Shown here: piece by piece, positions 32,084 to 41,434 of the stretch
Layout: each line of letters starts with the position of its first letter
Position numbering within the stretch: position 1 is the first letter of the stretch
Assembly: GCA_020024465.1 (NCBI GenBank)
Contig: JAHHTT010000006.1
Location: 1,071-65,070 of the forward strand
DNA from: Odoribacter sp.
GTDB lineage: Bacteria > Bacteroidota > Bacteroidia > Bacteroidales > Marinifilaceae
Direction of reading: 5' to 3'
DNA length: 64,000 nt
Position numbers and translations under genes: made by a program
Notes under the pieces: model-generated
Told to the model about the DNA's origin: nothing
Database searches by the model: none
Seen by the model: the letters and a program-made list of their open reading frames with translations, nothing else

Positions 32084-33951
32084 ACATCTTTATCCTTAAT
32101 TACTACTTCATGCTTCTTTTTTAAATCAAATTCCTGTTCAATATCAAAATTCTGTTTCACAGAAATTTCCACTGGAAGATATATAATTTCTTCTGGTTGC
32201 TGGTATTTCAAATACAAACCAGTATCCCATTTCCCATTACCATTAGCATCCAACAGAGCTCTAAGCTTATATTTTCCCTCAGGCAACAACTCAAAAACGA
32301 CTTGTTCATCTGATCCAATCTGCCGTTCTCTCACAACTTGATATTTGCGTTTACCATTCTCTGATTTCCCTGTGTCAGACTTATACAACTGTATAATTGT
32401 ATTACCTTCTACACCTTTTACCATTACAAATAGTTTACCATAATTATCCTCATTTTTTACTTTGAATTTTTTATCAAACTTCTCATTAAAGCGACCATAT
32501 ATATCATATATTTTTGCCGAATCAATCTCTATTTGATACTCTCCACCTGCCTTCCATGCAGCATCTACATAGATAGTTCTCACTTTCACTGGATCTTCCT
32601 CTATCTCAAAAGTCATAGGTTGAAAAACAGTATCCACTTTCTCAAATACCCGTATATTCCTTAATGTTTGCTTATCTATTGGTCTATCGAATTCAAAAGA
32701 AAATCGCGTTCCTAAATCCATATCCACAGAAACATTCGGCCTTATTGACAAAAAATCAATTTTAGGTGTATCATTCTTTTTCCGTTTATTTTCCTTTACC
32801 TCTTTGTCTTTAAAAGTATAACGTACAGTATCTAAATAAGTCACCCATTGTCCAGTACTATCTGTACGCAAATAACTTAAAATCATGTTCAACGTATCTT
32901 TCTTATATACCGTCGAATCCTTTATCCACAACGATATTGTATCTTTTCCTACACTTTCTTCTTTAAAATACCAATCTTCCTTTAAAGGCTCTATCGCCAA
33001 AGAATCCCACAATACCGCCTTGAATAGATTATCACCCGGAATACTAAAGGTGAAGTCCAGACGTTCACGCTCCTTCCATCCATCATCAACTAAATAGAGC
33101 TGTGTCAGTTTTTCTAAAAACAACCTCAAATACAAATTACTCGGACCATATGCCAAATATTCTTGTGCAACTATACTATCACGCATAACTGTATCCTGCT
33201 CAACAATCTTATCAATCAACTTAAATGTATCTGTTCTAACCATAGGCATCACGATAGGATGCACCGTCGTATCAAGCCAAGCAAACATTTCTGATTCAGG
33301 AGTATACATTTTATCTCGGTTAGCATCTTCAATAGCCATTACTCGATAGTCTGCTTCCCGCAAATTGGTGATTCTAAAATTACCAGAACTATCTGTTCGT
33401 GCAATATAATCCGGCAACATCTTTAGAGGAATGGAATCACCCAACTTCTCATATAAAGCGACAAGAACTCCTAACATCGGCTCATATGACTCGGCATTCA
33501 CCACTGTCCCACTTAGCTCCAACGTATCAATTGTCGCTCCTGTAGAAAACACATATCGATAAAATCCCAATGGATTCCCTTCATTATTATCTACAATAGC
33601 ATCTGCAAAGTCCATACTATAAGTTGTATTTGGACGCAATGAATCAGGAATTGCCACTTGCACATATTTTCCCTTCAGATTCACTTTCGGATCTTTCTTC
33701 TCCGGTGGCGAAAATATAAACTTATTGTTTATCTCCTTTAACTGCACAAATTCATCAAAATATATATTTACACGCTTACCTTTAAAATTTGTAGTAAACG
33801 ACACAGGCTGCTCCGAAATAACCTGAGGAGGAGTTTCATCCTTAGGTCCACCCTCCGGATACCCGCGATTCGCACAAGCATGTATAAAAACAACGACTGC
33901 GATTACTCCCAGCCAATCCCAACGAAAAATATTCTGATTTTTTGCACTCAT
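32080..33951 (-). CDS. Ig-like (Big_5) domain lipoprotein with C-terminal DUF2141-like segment
   Basis: Lipobox HAC-ANRGYPEGGPKDETPP, FDEFVQL, DANGNGKWDTG..QPE. Confidence 0.8.
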   Translation of the reverse strand: MSAKNQNIFRWDWLGVIAVVVFIHACANRGYPEGGPKDETPPQVISEQPVSFTTNFKGKRVNIYFDEFVQLKEINNKFIFSPPEKKDPKVNLKGKYVQVAIPDSLRPNTTYSMDFADAIVDNNEGNPLGFYRYVFSTGATIDTLELSGTVVNAESYEPMLGVLVALYEKLGDSIPLKMLPDYIARTDSSGNFRITNLREADYRVMAIEDANRDKMYTPESEMFAWLDTTVHPIVMPMVRTDTFKLIDKIVEQDTVMRDSIVAQEYLAYGPSNLYLRLFLEKLTQLYLVDDGWKERERLDFTFSIPGDNLFKAVLWDSLAIEPLKEDWYFKEESVGKDTISLWIKDSTVYKKDTLNMILSYLRTDSTGQWVTYLDTVRYTFKDKEVKENKRKKNDTPKIDFLSIRPNVSVDMDLGTRFSFEFDRPIDKQTLRNIRVFEKVDTVFQPMTFEIEEDPVKVRTIYVDAAWKAGGEYQIEIDSAKIYDIYGRFNEKFDKKFKVKNEDNYGKLFVMVKGVEGNTIIQLYKSDTGKSENGKRKYQVVRERQIGSDEQVVFELLPEGKYKLRALLDANGNGKWDTGLYLKYQQPEEIIYLPVEISVKQNFDIEQEFDLKKKHEVVIKDKDV

Positions 33952-34070
33952 TCCTCTCTTATTTTATTTTTATTCATCTAGCGTCAAAGGACTAAAGTAC
34001 AAAAATAATTATTTTCTTAAACAAATCTACATCATAATCGCTGTTATTTAATCTGGAAAAGACAATGATT

Positions 34071-34150
34071 AAAAACAAAAGGTTCCGAGCTGTCACAGCG
34101 GGAAACCTTTACTACTAACTAACCTAATACAAACTTATGAAAAAAATGTA
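34071..34150 (-). ncRNA. Candidate ~80-nt small regulatory RNA
   Basis: Bounded by a sigma54-type promoter (34161-34176) and a strong intrinsic terminator (34071-34110); U/G-rich single-stranded 5' half. Confidence 0.6.
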
Positions 34151-34160
34151 TTTATCATAA

Positions 34161-34176
34161 TACAAAAAACGTGCCA
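34161..34176 (-). promoter_or_regulatory. Sigma54 (-24/-12) promoter TGGCACG-TTTT-TTGTA
   Basis: Perfect -24 box and correct spacing; predicted +1 near 34150. Confidence 0.65.
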
Positions 34177-34241
34177 AAATTACAAAATCACACAATCAAT
34201 TTAAAATTTATCTCCACAAAAAAACTGAACAACCATCTAAC

Positions 34242-34949
34242 TTACACTGTCCTTGCAAGACATGCAAGGCTAAAACAAACATCACCAGCAACAGCTAATG
34301 TTTCAATACATGCCCCAACAGTAGCCCCTGTCGTTATGACATCATCCAGCAACAGAACATGTCTTCCCCTAAGCAGTTCTGGATGCCGCAATCCAAAAAT
34401 TTCAGAAACGTTTTCCAACCTTTCAGATGCATTTTTCCCTGTTTGCGACACATTATTCCGTATTCGTTCTACAACTTTGTCCAATAGTTCTATATCCAAC
34501 ACTTCACACACACCTTTCGCAATCTCACGCGCCTGATTAAATCCTCGTTCCCGCTCCCGCTTAGGATGCAATGGAATAGGAACAACACAATCTGCACGAC
34601 AACTATGGATAATCTTCTGACCCAACATCCGCCCTAAATACTCTCCCAATTTACGATTGGAATGATACTTGACATTATATATCAAATTTTTATAATCACT
34701 ATATTTATTATAATAGAATAATGCATGCAATGCCTTCGGTCGAAAATTTTCATTAAAACTATCTAATATATTTCTATCTATTACAAAATCTTCGTCAACA
34801 AAAGGAAAATCAGCCAAACAAGAAGTACACAAATAATTTTCACCTTCTACTAAAACAGAGCCACACACTTCGCATATCCTTGGATAGAATACATCTAACA
34901 ATGCCGACACAAAAGAAAATCGTTCGAGAGATATCAACTTTCTGTCCAC
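34242..34949 (-). CDS. comF: ComF family protein (Zn ribbon plus PRTase), GTG start
   Basis: CEVC...CTSC, PIPLH..RERERGFNQA, LLLDDVITTGAT. Confidence 0.9.
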   Translation of the reverse strand: MDRKLISLERFSFVSALLDVFYPRICEVCGSVLVEGENYLCTSCLADFPFVDEDFVIDRNILDSFNENFRPKALHALFYYNKYSDYKNLIYNVKYHSNRKLGEYLGRMLGQKIIHSCRADCVVPIPLHPKRERERGFNQAREIAKGVCEVLDIELLDKVVERIRNNVSQTGKNASERLENVSEIFGLRHPELLRGRHVLLLDDVITTGATVGACIETLAVAGDVCFSLACLARTV

Positions 34950-34977
34950 AACTTTACTAATTTATAATAGAGAATAA

Positions 34978-35712
34978 TTACTGTTTCACAAAATTATACG
35001 TAATAGTACCTTCCTGCAGAGCTGGAGCATCTGCCTTATCATTAAAACGAGAACGCTTGGCAGCATCTTCAGCCACTCTCCATAATCGTTCGTCCGGTAC
35101 AGACTGGTCTTCAAGAACATCAGCTTTTATCACCACTCCGTGAGGATTCACGCTAATTTCAACAACTACCTTGCCTCCCGACTCACATTTAAATACCGGT
35201 ATTGGTAAAATACGGGCATAACGATCCTTTAAATTATAACTGACGCTACTTTCTCCTGCATAAAAGGTAGATTTCAATGAATCAATCTCCTGCGCACGCA
35301 AATCTCGGATACATTGTAGACTATCTTGTTTATAATGCTTATCTTGTTTCACTCGATAACGTTCATCGTCACCTACTTCATGCAATTCATCCAATATCTC
35401 GTTGACATACTCTTCTACGCTGGCACTAATTTCTTGCTTATTCTGTACTGCCACATTTTCATTCACCGCAATAGATTTCAACATTCGTTCTACTTCTTCG
35501 GATGCCATCTGCCGAATTTTATCTTTCTGCTCTGATTCCTGTTTCCGAATCTTCTGCTGTTCAACAATTTTCATCTGTATTTCCATTTCCGCATGCACTC
35601 GTACCCGTGAAATTTGCATACTCACAAACAATATGGCAAGCAAAAGATGGAAAATTACGGTTCCCATAATTCCATAACGATGAAGAATAATCTGCTCTTT
35701 CAATTTCATCAT
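34978..35712 (-). CDS. TonB C-terminal domain protein (energy transducer TonB-like)
   Basis: N-terminal TM with GTVIFH; C-terminal GKVVVEISVNPHGVVIKA...A..SRF...QEGTITYNF. Confidence 0.75.
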   Translation of the reverse strand: MMKLKEQIILHRYGIMGTVIFHLLLAILFVSMQISRVRVHAEMEIQMKIVEQQKIRKQESEQKDKIRQMASEEVERMLKSIAVNENVAVQNKQEISASVEEYVNEILDELHEVGDDERYRVKQDKHYKQDSLQCIRDLRAQEIDSLKSTFYAGESSVSYNLKDRYARILPIPVFKCESGGKVVVEISVNPHGVVIKADVLEDQSVPDERLWRVAEDAAKRSRFNDKADAPALQEGTITYNFVKQ

Positions 35713-36944
35713 TCAAATCTTATAGCTTTTATTGGAAGGATTTTTGACACCAAAATTGTAGGTAACACCAACATAAAAACAGATACTACCAACACTCCGA
35801 CATTCAATAAAATCACAGCCCAAACACTTATACTTATCGGCACTGTATCCATATAATACACTTCTGGATTAAGCTTAATTATCTGAAACCAGTACTGTAG
35901 TCCTGCCAGTAAAAAAGCTAAAAAATTCCCTACCAACATTCCCTTGAAAATCAATCCAATTGCAATATACAAAAACAAACGCCTTAAACAAATATTCCGA
36001 TAGCCCAACGCTTTTAATATTCCTATCAAAGCTGTTTTGTCAAGTATCAGAATTAACAAACCTGACACCATATTAAATCCGGCAACAGCAATAATCAAAA
36101 CCAAAATAATCAAAACATTCATATTAAGCAAATTCAGCCAATCAAATATTTGCGGAGCAACATCCTTCAAAGAGACTACCCTCAAACAATCATTCTCCTT
36201 ATCCAGCGGCAATATTTTGTCAACAGACTCTTCTATTTTCGATGTTTTCTGCAAGTCACTCAACTCTATTCCTATGCCTGTCACCACTCTCTCGTTCCAA
36301 TTATTCAATTTCTGGAGATGACGCAAATCACACAAAACAAACTCATTATCATATTCCTTAAAACCCGTATTATAAATACCGACAACTGTAAACATACGCA
36401 CTCGAGGAGGGTCCTGTACAAAATGTGAAACAATATGATCTCCAACTTGCACTTGCAATAAGTCTGCCACAGAGGTTGATAATAAAATTTCATTAGAAGC
36501 TTTTACATTTTTCCAAGTTGGCAAATAACCAGCTTTCAAATGTCGACCGTAGAAAGATGCATCATAAAGAGAATCTACACCTTTCAGTATAACACCATGA
36601 ATTTCTGTATCACTTTTTAAAATAGCAGGTTTCATCACATAACGAGCAACCTGTTTTACACTTTCCATTTTCTGCAGAGAAAGCAATAAGCTATCTGTCA
36701 CAACAATTCCTTGTCCGGTATATAAAGCATCCTCATTACAAGATGTCACTTCCAAATGAGAAGTAAAACCAGACAACTTATCCATAATCTCCTTTTTGAA
36801 TCCCATTATTATAAAAACAGACAACAACATGGCACAAACACCTAAAGCAATCCCCACCACTGCAATTTTCACAATTGGCACTGACACAGAATCACCTTTA
36901 CCGCCACCCAACAAGCGATGTGCTATAAATAGTTCCAGATTCAA
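35709..36944 (-). CDS. LolC/LolE (FtsX-like) ABC transporter permease, TTG start
   Basis: NLELFIAHRL, IALG...GFKKEI, IAVAGFNMVSGLLILIL...IGILKALG, YYMDTVPI. Confidence 0.88.
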   Translation of the reverse strand: MNLELFIAHRLLGGGKGDSVSVPIVKIAVVGIALGVCAMLLSVFIIMGFKKEIMDKLSGFTSHLEVTSCNEDALYTGQGIVVTDSLLLSLQKMESVKQVARYVMKPAILKSDTEIHGVILKGVDSLYDASFYGRHLKAGYLPTWKNVKASNEILLSTSVADLLQVQVGDHIVSHFVQDPPRVRMFTVVGIYNTGFKEYDNEFVLCDLRHLQKLNNWNERVVTGIGIELSDLQKTSKIEESVDKILPLDKENDCLRVVSLKDVAPQIFDWLNLLNMNVLIILVLIIAVAGFNMVSGLLILILDKTALIGILKALGYRNICLRRLFLYIAIGLIFKGMLVGNFLAFLLAGLQYWFQIIKLNPEVYYMDTVPISISVWAVILLNVGVLVVSVFMLVLPTILVSKILPIKAIRFE

Positions 36945-37142
36945 AACGATAATTTTACAGTACGATACAAAGATAGTGAAACTCCGCCAAAGCGACGCAC
37001 AACCATGCTAATAATCCATTCCCGTTGTATGCAAACGTTATAAATTATCTTATTTATAAGTTAAAATACGCAAAATACTTTCCTTTTACAACCAAATGCT
37101 GTAATATTGTTACAAAATGAAAAAAACAACACCATAATAATT

Positions 37143-38453
37143 ATGCAAAATAATCTTATTGACAAACAGCTAGTTGACTCAACCATGACACAATGCGGAG
37201 TAAGTAACTTAGATAATGCTTCAATCCGTGACACTGTAAGAATCGCTAATTTATTGGAAAAAGCGACAGGAGAAAAATTCATCCGTATGGAAATGGGAGT
37301 ACCAGGTTTAACCCCATCACACATTGGTACGGAAGCTGAAATTAAAGCACTAAAAAAGGGGGTAGCACAATTCTATCCCATGCTGGAAGGTCATCCCGAA
37401 CTATCTAATGAAGCTTCACGCTTTATAAAAAACTTCATGGATGTCGATATGCATTCAGAAAGTATCGTACCTACAGTAGGTGCCATGCAGGCTTCATACG
37501 TTGCCTTCATGGCATTGACAGAGTGTCATGTCGGTAAAGACACTATACTATTTATTGATCCGGGATTTCCTGTACAGAAGACGCAGTTAGAAGTAATGGG
37601 TAAACCATACATCACTTTTGACATCTATGAATACAGAGGACAAAAATTGGAAACCAAACTGAGAGAATATTTAGATAAAGGTAACATTGCAAGTATTGTT
37701 TACAGTAATCCTAATAATCCGTCCTGGGTTTGTCTGACTGCCGAAGAATTACAAATTATCGGAAAATTAGCAACAGAATATGACGTTATTATTTTAGAAG
37801 ACTTAGCTTATTTTGCAATGGATTTCCGCAAAGATTTGTCTCATCCAGGCAAAGCACCCTTTCAACCTACCGTTGCAAAATATACAGACAACTATATTTT
37901 CATGATTTCCAGCTCAAAACTATTCAGTTACGCCGGACAACGCTTAGGTCTATTATGTATTTCAAATACTTTGGTCAACAAAGAATTTCCTCATTTGCAA
38001 GAACGCTATCACTCCGCAAAATTAGGTTATACCATTATATATAAATTAATATATACATTATCATCCGGTACCGCACACTCTCCACAATACGCAATAGCAG
38101 CCATTTTGAAAGCGGCCAACGAAGGCTCTATCAATATACTAACGGATGTAAAAGAATACGGACTTCGTGCTGCCACTATGAAAAAGCTCTATACAGACGC
38201 AGGCTTCCAAATTGTATATGACAAAGACGGTGATGATGATGTTGCCGACGGTTTCTATTTCACCATCATGTATCCAGGCATGAGCGGAGCACAATTGGCA
38301 CATGAGCTATTATATTATGGAATATCATCCATTACTCTGAAAGGTTGCGGTAGCGACCGAGAAGGTTTACGAGCTTGCGTATCACAAGTAGGCATGGAAA
38401 AAATGAGCGATTTAAAAGAACGTATCGAACGATTCAGAAAAGATCATTTGTAA
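37143..38453 (+). CDS. PLP-dependent aminotransferase class I/II
   Basis: YSNPNNPS, EDLAY, SSSKLFSYAGQRLG (PLP lysine). The ATG at 37143 is preferred. Confidence 0.9.
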   Translation: MQNNLIDKQLVDSTMTQCGVSNLDNASIRDTVRIANLLEKATGEKFIRMEMGVPGLTPSHIGTEAEIKALKKGVAQFYPMLEGHPELSNEASRFIKNFMDVDMHSESIVPTVGAMQASYVAFMALTECHVGKDTILFIDPGFPVQKTQLEVMGKPYITFDIYEYRGQKLETKLREYLDKGNIASIVYSNPNNPSWVCLTAEELQIIGKLATEYDVIILEDLAYFAMDFRKDLSHPGKAPFQPTVAKYTDNYIFMISSSKLFSYAGQRLGLLCISNTLVNKEFPHLQERYHSAKLGYTIIYKLIYTLSSGTAHSPQYAIAAILKAANEGSINILTDVKEYGLRAATMKKLYTDAGFQIVYDKDGDDDVADGFYFTIMYPGMSGAQLAHELLYYGISSITLKGCGSDREGLRACVSQVGMEKMSDLKERIERFRKDHL

Positions 38454-38578
38454 AAATATTACCGTTAAAAAATCAAAGGATGTTTTTGTAGTTCAAATTT
38501 TAAACCGTATTTTTATACCCGTATACGATTACGATCTATAAAAGATTAAAATATTCGACAATTTATAATTTTAAAATT

Positions 38579-38806
38579 ATGGCAAAATTCAGAGGAGCAA
38601 TTGTTGTAGACACCGAACACTGCAAGGGATGTAACTTGTGTGTTGTTGCGTGTCCTACTCACGTACTGGACCTGCACCATGACGTAAATGGGAAAGGGTA
38701 TCACTATTCCTATATGAAAAATCCCGAAGCCTGCATCGGTTGTGCAAGTTGTGGATTAGTGTGTCCCGATTCAGTGATTACAGTTTATAAAGCAGAAATA
38801 AAATAA
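38579..38806 (+). CDS. 2[4Fe-4S] ferredoxin, delta subunit of 2-oxoacid:ferredoxin oxidoreductase
   Basis: CKGCNLCVVACP and CIGCASCGLVCP. Confidence 0.92.
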   Translation: MAKFRGAIVVDTEHCKGCNLCVVACPTHVLDLHHDVNGKGYHYSYMKNPEACIGCASCGLVCPDSVITVYKAEIK

Positions 38807-38816
38807 ATGTAAAGAT

Positions 38817-39896
38817 ATGGCAGAAGTAAAATTAATGAAAGGGAATGAAGTAATCGCAGAAACCGCTATCCGCTGCGGATGCGATGGATATTTCGGATAC
38901 CCAATCACCCCGCAATCTGAAGTCATGGAAACACTCATGCTGCGCAAGCCATGGGAAGAAACAGGAATGGTTGTTTTGCAGGCTGAAAGTGAAGTAGCAG
39001 CAATCAATATGGTATATGGTGGTGCATCTTGTGGTAAGAAGGTTATGACTTCTTCATCAAGTCCCGGTATTAGTTTAAAACAAGAAGGTATCACCTACAT
39101 TGCAGGCTCTGAACTTCCTTGCCTGATTGTAGATGTTATGCGAGGAGGGCCTGGTCTGGGTACAATCCAACCTTCACAAAGTGATTATTTTCAAGCGACT
39201 AAAGGAGGTGGTCATGGAGACTATCATTTAATTGTATTGGCTCCAGCATCCGTTCAGGAAATGAGTGATTTCGTCGTTTTAGGTTTCGACTTGGCTTTCA
39301 AATACCGCAATCCAGCAATGGTTTTGGCTGATGGTGTTATCGGTCAGATGATGGAAAAAGTTATCCTTCCGGACTATACCCCGAGACGTACAAAAGAAGA
39401 AATTGAAAAACAATGCGGAAACTGGGCATTGACTGGCAAAAAAAATCGCGAACGTCATGTCATTACTTCATTGGAATTAGAAGCACACCGGCAAGAAGTT
39501 TTCAACGAGAAATTACAGCATAAATACCGCGAAATTGAAGCAAATGAAGTACGATACGAAATGTTGAACTGCGAAGATGCTGAATATATCTTTGTTGCAT
39601 ACGGTTCTACAGCACGCATCTGCCAGAAATCAATTCAATTGGCACGCGAAGCCGGTATCAAAGTTGGTCTGTTACGCCCGATTACATTATACCCGTTCCC
39701 TATGCAACCAATTTCAGATTTATGCAGTAAAGTAAAAGGTTTCCTATCAGTGGAAATGAGCGCAGGACAGATGGTAGAAGATGTTCGTCTAGCCGTCAAT
39801 GGACGTGTAAAAGTTGATCACTATGGACGTATGGGTGGCGTTGTTCCGACTCCAGAAGAAATTTTAGTAGCACTAAAAGAAAAGTTTTCGATTTAA
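38817..39896 (+). CDS. vorB: 2-oxoacid:ferredoxin oxidoreductase alpha subunit (VorB-type, 3-methyl-2-oxobutanoate)
   Basis: MKGNEVIAE, FGYPITPQSE, QAESEVAA, RGGPGLG. Confidence 0.88.
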   Translation: MAEVKLMKGNEVIAETAIRCGCDGYFGYPITPQSEVMETLMLRKPWEETGMVVLQAESEVAAINMVYGGASCGKKVMTSSSSPGISLKQEGITYIAGSELPCLIVDVMRGGPGLGTIQPSQSDYFQATKGGGHGDYHLIVLAPASVQEMSDFVVLGFDLAFKYRNPAMVLADGVIGQMMEKVILPDYTPRRTKEEIEKQCGNWALTGKKNRERHVITSLELEAHRQEVFNEKLQHKYREIEANEVRYEMLNCEDAEYIFVAYGSTARICQKSIQLAREAGIKVGLLRPITLYPFPMQPISDLCSKVKGFLSVEMSAGQMVEDVRLAVNGRVKVDHYGRMGGVVPTPEEILVALKEKFSI

Positions 39897-39920
39897 TCAA
39901 AACGGTAAACGAAGAAAAAC

Positions 39921-40682
39921 ATGGAATTAACAGATATTATAAAAGAGGAAAATCTTATACTGAAGAAAAGCAACCTCCTCACCGACAACGTAATGCACTA
40001 CTGTCCGGGATGTACCCACGGAGTAGTTCACAAATTGGTTGCAGAGGTGATTGAAGAACTGGGTATTCAAGATCAAACAATCGGAGTTTCTCCTGTTGGA
40101 TGTAGTGTATTTGCTTACAACTATATAGACATTGATTGGGCAGAAGCAGCTCATGGACGTGCTCCTGCAGTTGCAACAGCAATTCAACGCTTACACCCGG
40201 AAAAATATGTATTCACCTACCAAGGAGATGGAGATTTGGCATCTATCGGTTGTGCAGAAATCATGCACGCATGTAACCGTGGAGAAAACATCGTCGTTAT
40301 CTTTATCAATAATGCTATCTACGGAATGACTGGTGGTCAAATGGCACCAACAACATTATTGGGGCAGGTTACTGCAACCACTCCTTATGGCCGTGATGCA
40401 AAATTGAACGGATTCCCGATGAAAATCACAGAATTATTGGCCCAATTAGATGGAACATGCTATGTAACTCGTCAGAGTGCTGATACTCCTGCAGCTGTAC
40501 GTAAAACCAAAGCAGCTCTCAAGAAAGCATTCCAAAACACACGCCTAGACAAAGGCGTTTCTTTTGTAGAAGTTGTTGGAACATGCAACTCCGGTTGGAA
40601 AATGACACCGGTTGATGCCAACAAATGGATGCGTGACAATATGTTTCCTAAATATCCACTAGGAGATATTAAAGACATTTAA
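39921..40682 (+). CDS. 2-oxoacid:ferredoxin oxidoreductase beta (TPP-binding) subunit
   Basis: YCPGC, YQGDGD...NNAIYGMTGGQ. Confidence 0.9.
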   Translation: MELTDIIKEENLILKKSNLLTDNVMHYCPGCTHGVVHKLVAEVIEELGIQDQTIGVSPVGCSVFAYNYIDIDWAEAAHGRAPAVATAIQRLHPEKYVFTYQGDGDLASIGCAEIMHACNRGENIVVIFINNAIYGMTGGQMAPTTLLGQVTATTPYGRDAKLNGFPMKITELLAQLDGTCYVTRQSADTPAAVRKTKAALKKAFQNTRLDKGVSFVEVVGTCNSGWKMTPVDANKWMRDNMFPKYPLGDIKDI

Positions 40683-40705
40683 TTAATTCACAATTTTCAA
40701 TTAGT

Positions 40706-41257
40706 ATGACAGAAGAAATTATCATAGCAGGATTCGGTGGTCAGGGAGTACTTTCCATGGGAAAGATTCTGGCTTATTCAGGAATCATGCAAGACCAAGA
40801 AGTTTCATGGATGCCTTCTTATGGGCCTGAAATGCGTGGTGGTACGGCTAATGTTACCGTTATTATCAGCGATGATCGCATCAGCTCACCAGTATTGAAT
40901 GCTTTTGATTCAGCAATCGTATTGAACCAGCAATCAATGGATAAATTTGAATCACAAGTAAAACCCGGCGGAACATTAATTTACGATCCGAATGGTATCT
41001 CTCACCATCCGACTCGTAAAGACATCAATATCTACCAAATTGAAGGTGCTCGTTTAGCAGCAGAAGGCGGTAATCCAAAAATTTTCAATATGATTATTTT
41101 AGGTGCTTTCTTGAAAGTGAAACCGATTATCAACTTGGAAAATCTGGAAAAAGGTTTACAAAAATCATTACCGGTACGCCACCACAACCTCATTCCTATG
41201 AACATTGAGGCTGTTCAAACTGGAATGAAACAATTGGTTATTATAAATGAAATTTAA
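40706..41257 (+). CDS. 2-oxoacid:ferredoxin oxidoreductase gamma subunit
   Basis: IAGFGGQGVL, PSYGPEMRGGTA. Confidence 0.92.
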   Translation: MTEEIIIAGFGGQGVLSMGKILAYSGIMQDQEVSWMPSYGPEMRGGTANVTVIISDDRISSPVLNAFDSAIVLNQQSMDKFESQVKPGGTLIYDPNGISHHPTRKDINIYQIEGARLAAEGGNPKIFNMIILGAFLKVKPIINLENLEKGLQKSLPVRHHNLIPMNIEAVQTGMKQLVIINEI

Positions 41258-41284
41258 GGAATTTGACCTCTTCTTTACGATGAG

Positions 41285-41318
41285 AAAAAAGAGCTGTGTT
41301 GAAAACACAGCTCTTTTT
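41285..41318 (+). terminator. Terminator of the oxidoreductase operon
   Basis: AAAAAGAGCTGTGTT-GAA-AACACAGCTCTTTTT. Confidence 0.85.
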
Positions 41319-41386
41319 ATAATATAATAATTCATTATTTGTTTTCGCATTAGATATTATAACATGAGTTCGAGATAAGAAAGAAT

Positions 41387-41413
41387 AAAAATAGCGGGAA
41401 GCAATCCCGCTAT
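41387..41413 (-). terminator. Terminator of the coiled-coil lipoprotein gene
   Basis: ATAGCGGGA-AGCAA-TCCCGCTAT with an A-run on the left (U-run on the minus strand). Confidence 0.7.
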
Positions 41414-41434
41414 CATTTTTGTTACGACACTTAA

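Noticed and set aside
34137..34160. Plus-strand micro-ORF MKKMYLS* with a good-looking leader
   Set aside because: Only 7 codons, and the promoter and terminator polarity point to a minus-strand transcript. Better explained as the complement of the candidate sRNA seed, though not strictly excluded.
34171..34536. 121-aa plus-strand ORF
   Set aside because: Mostly antisense to comF, with no motifs
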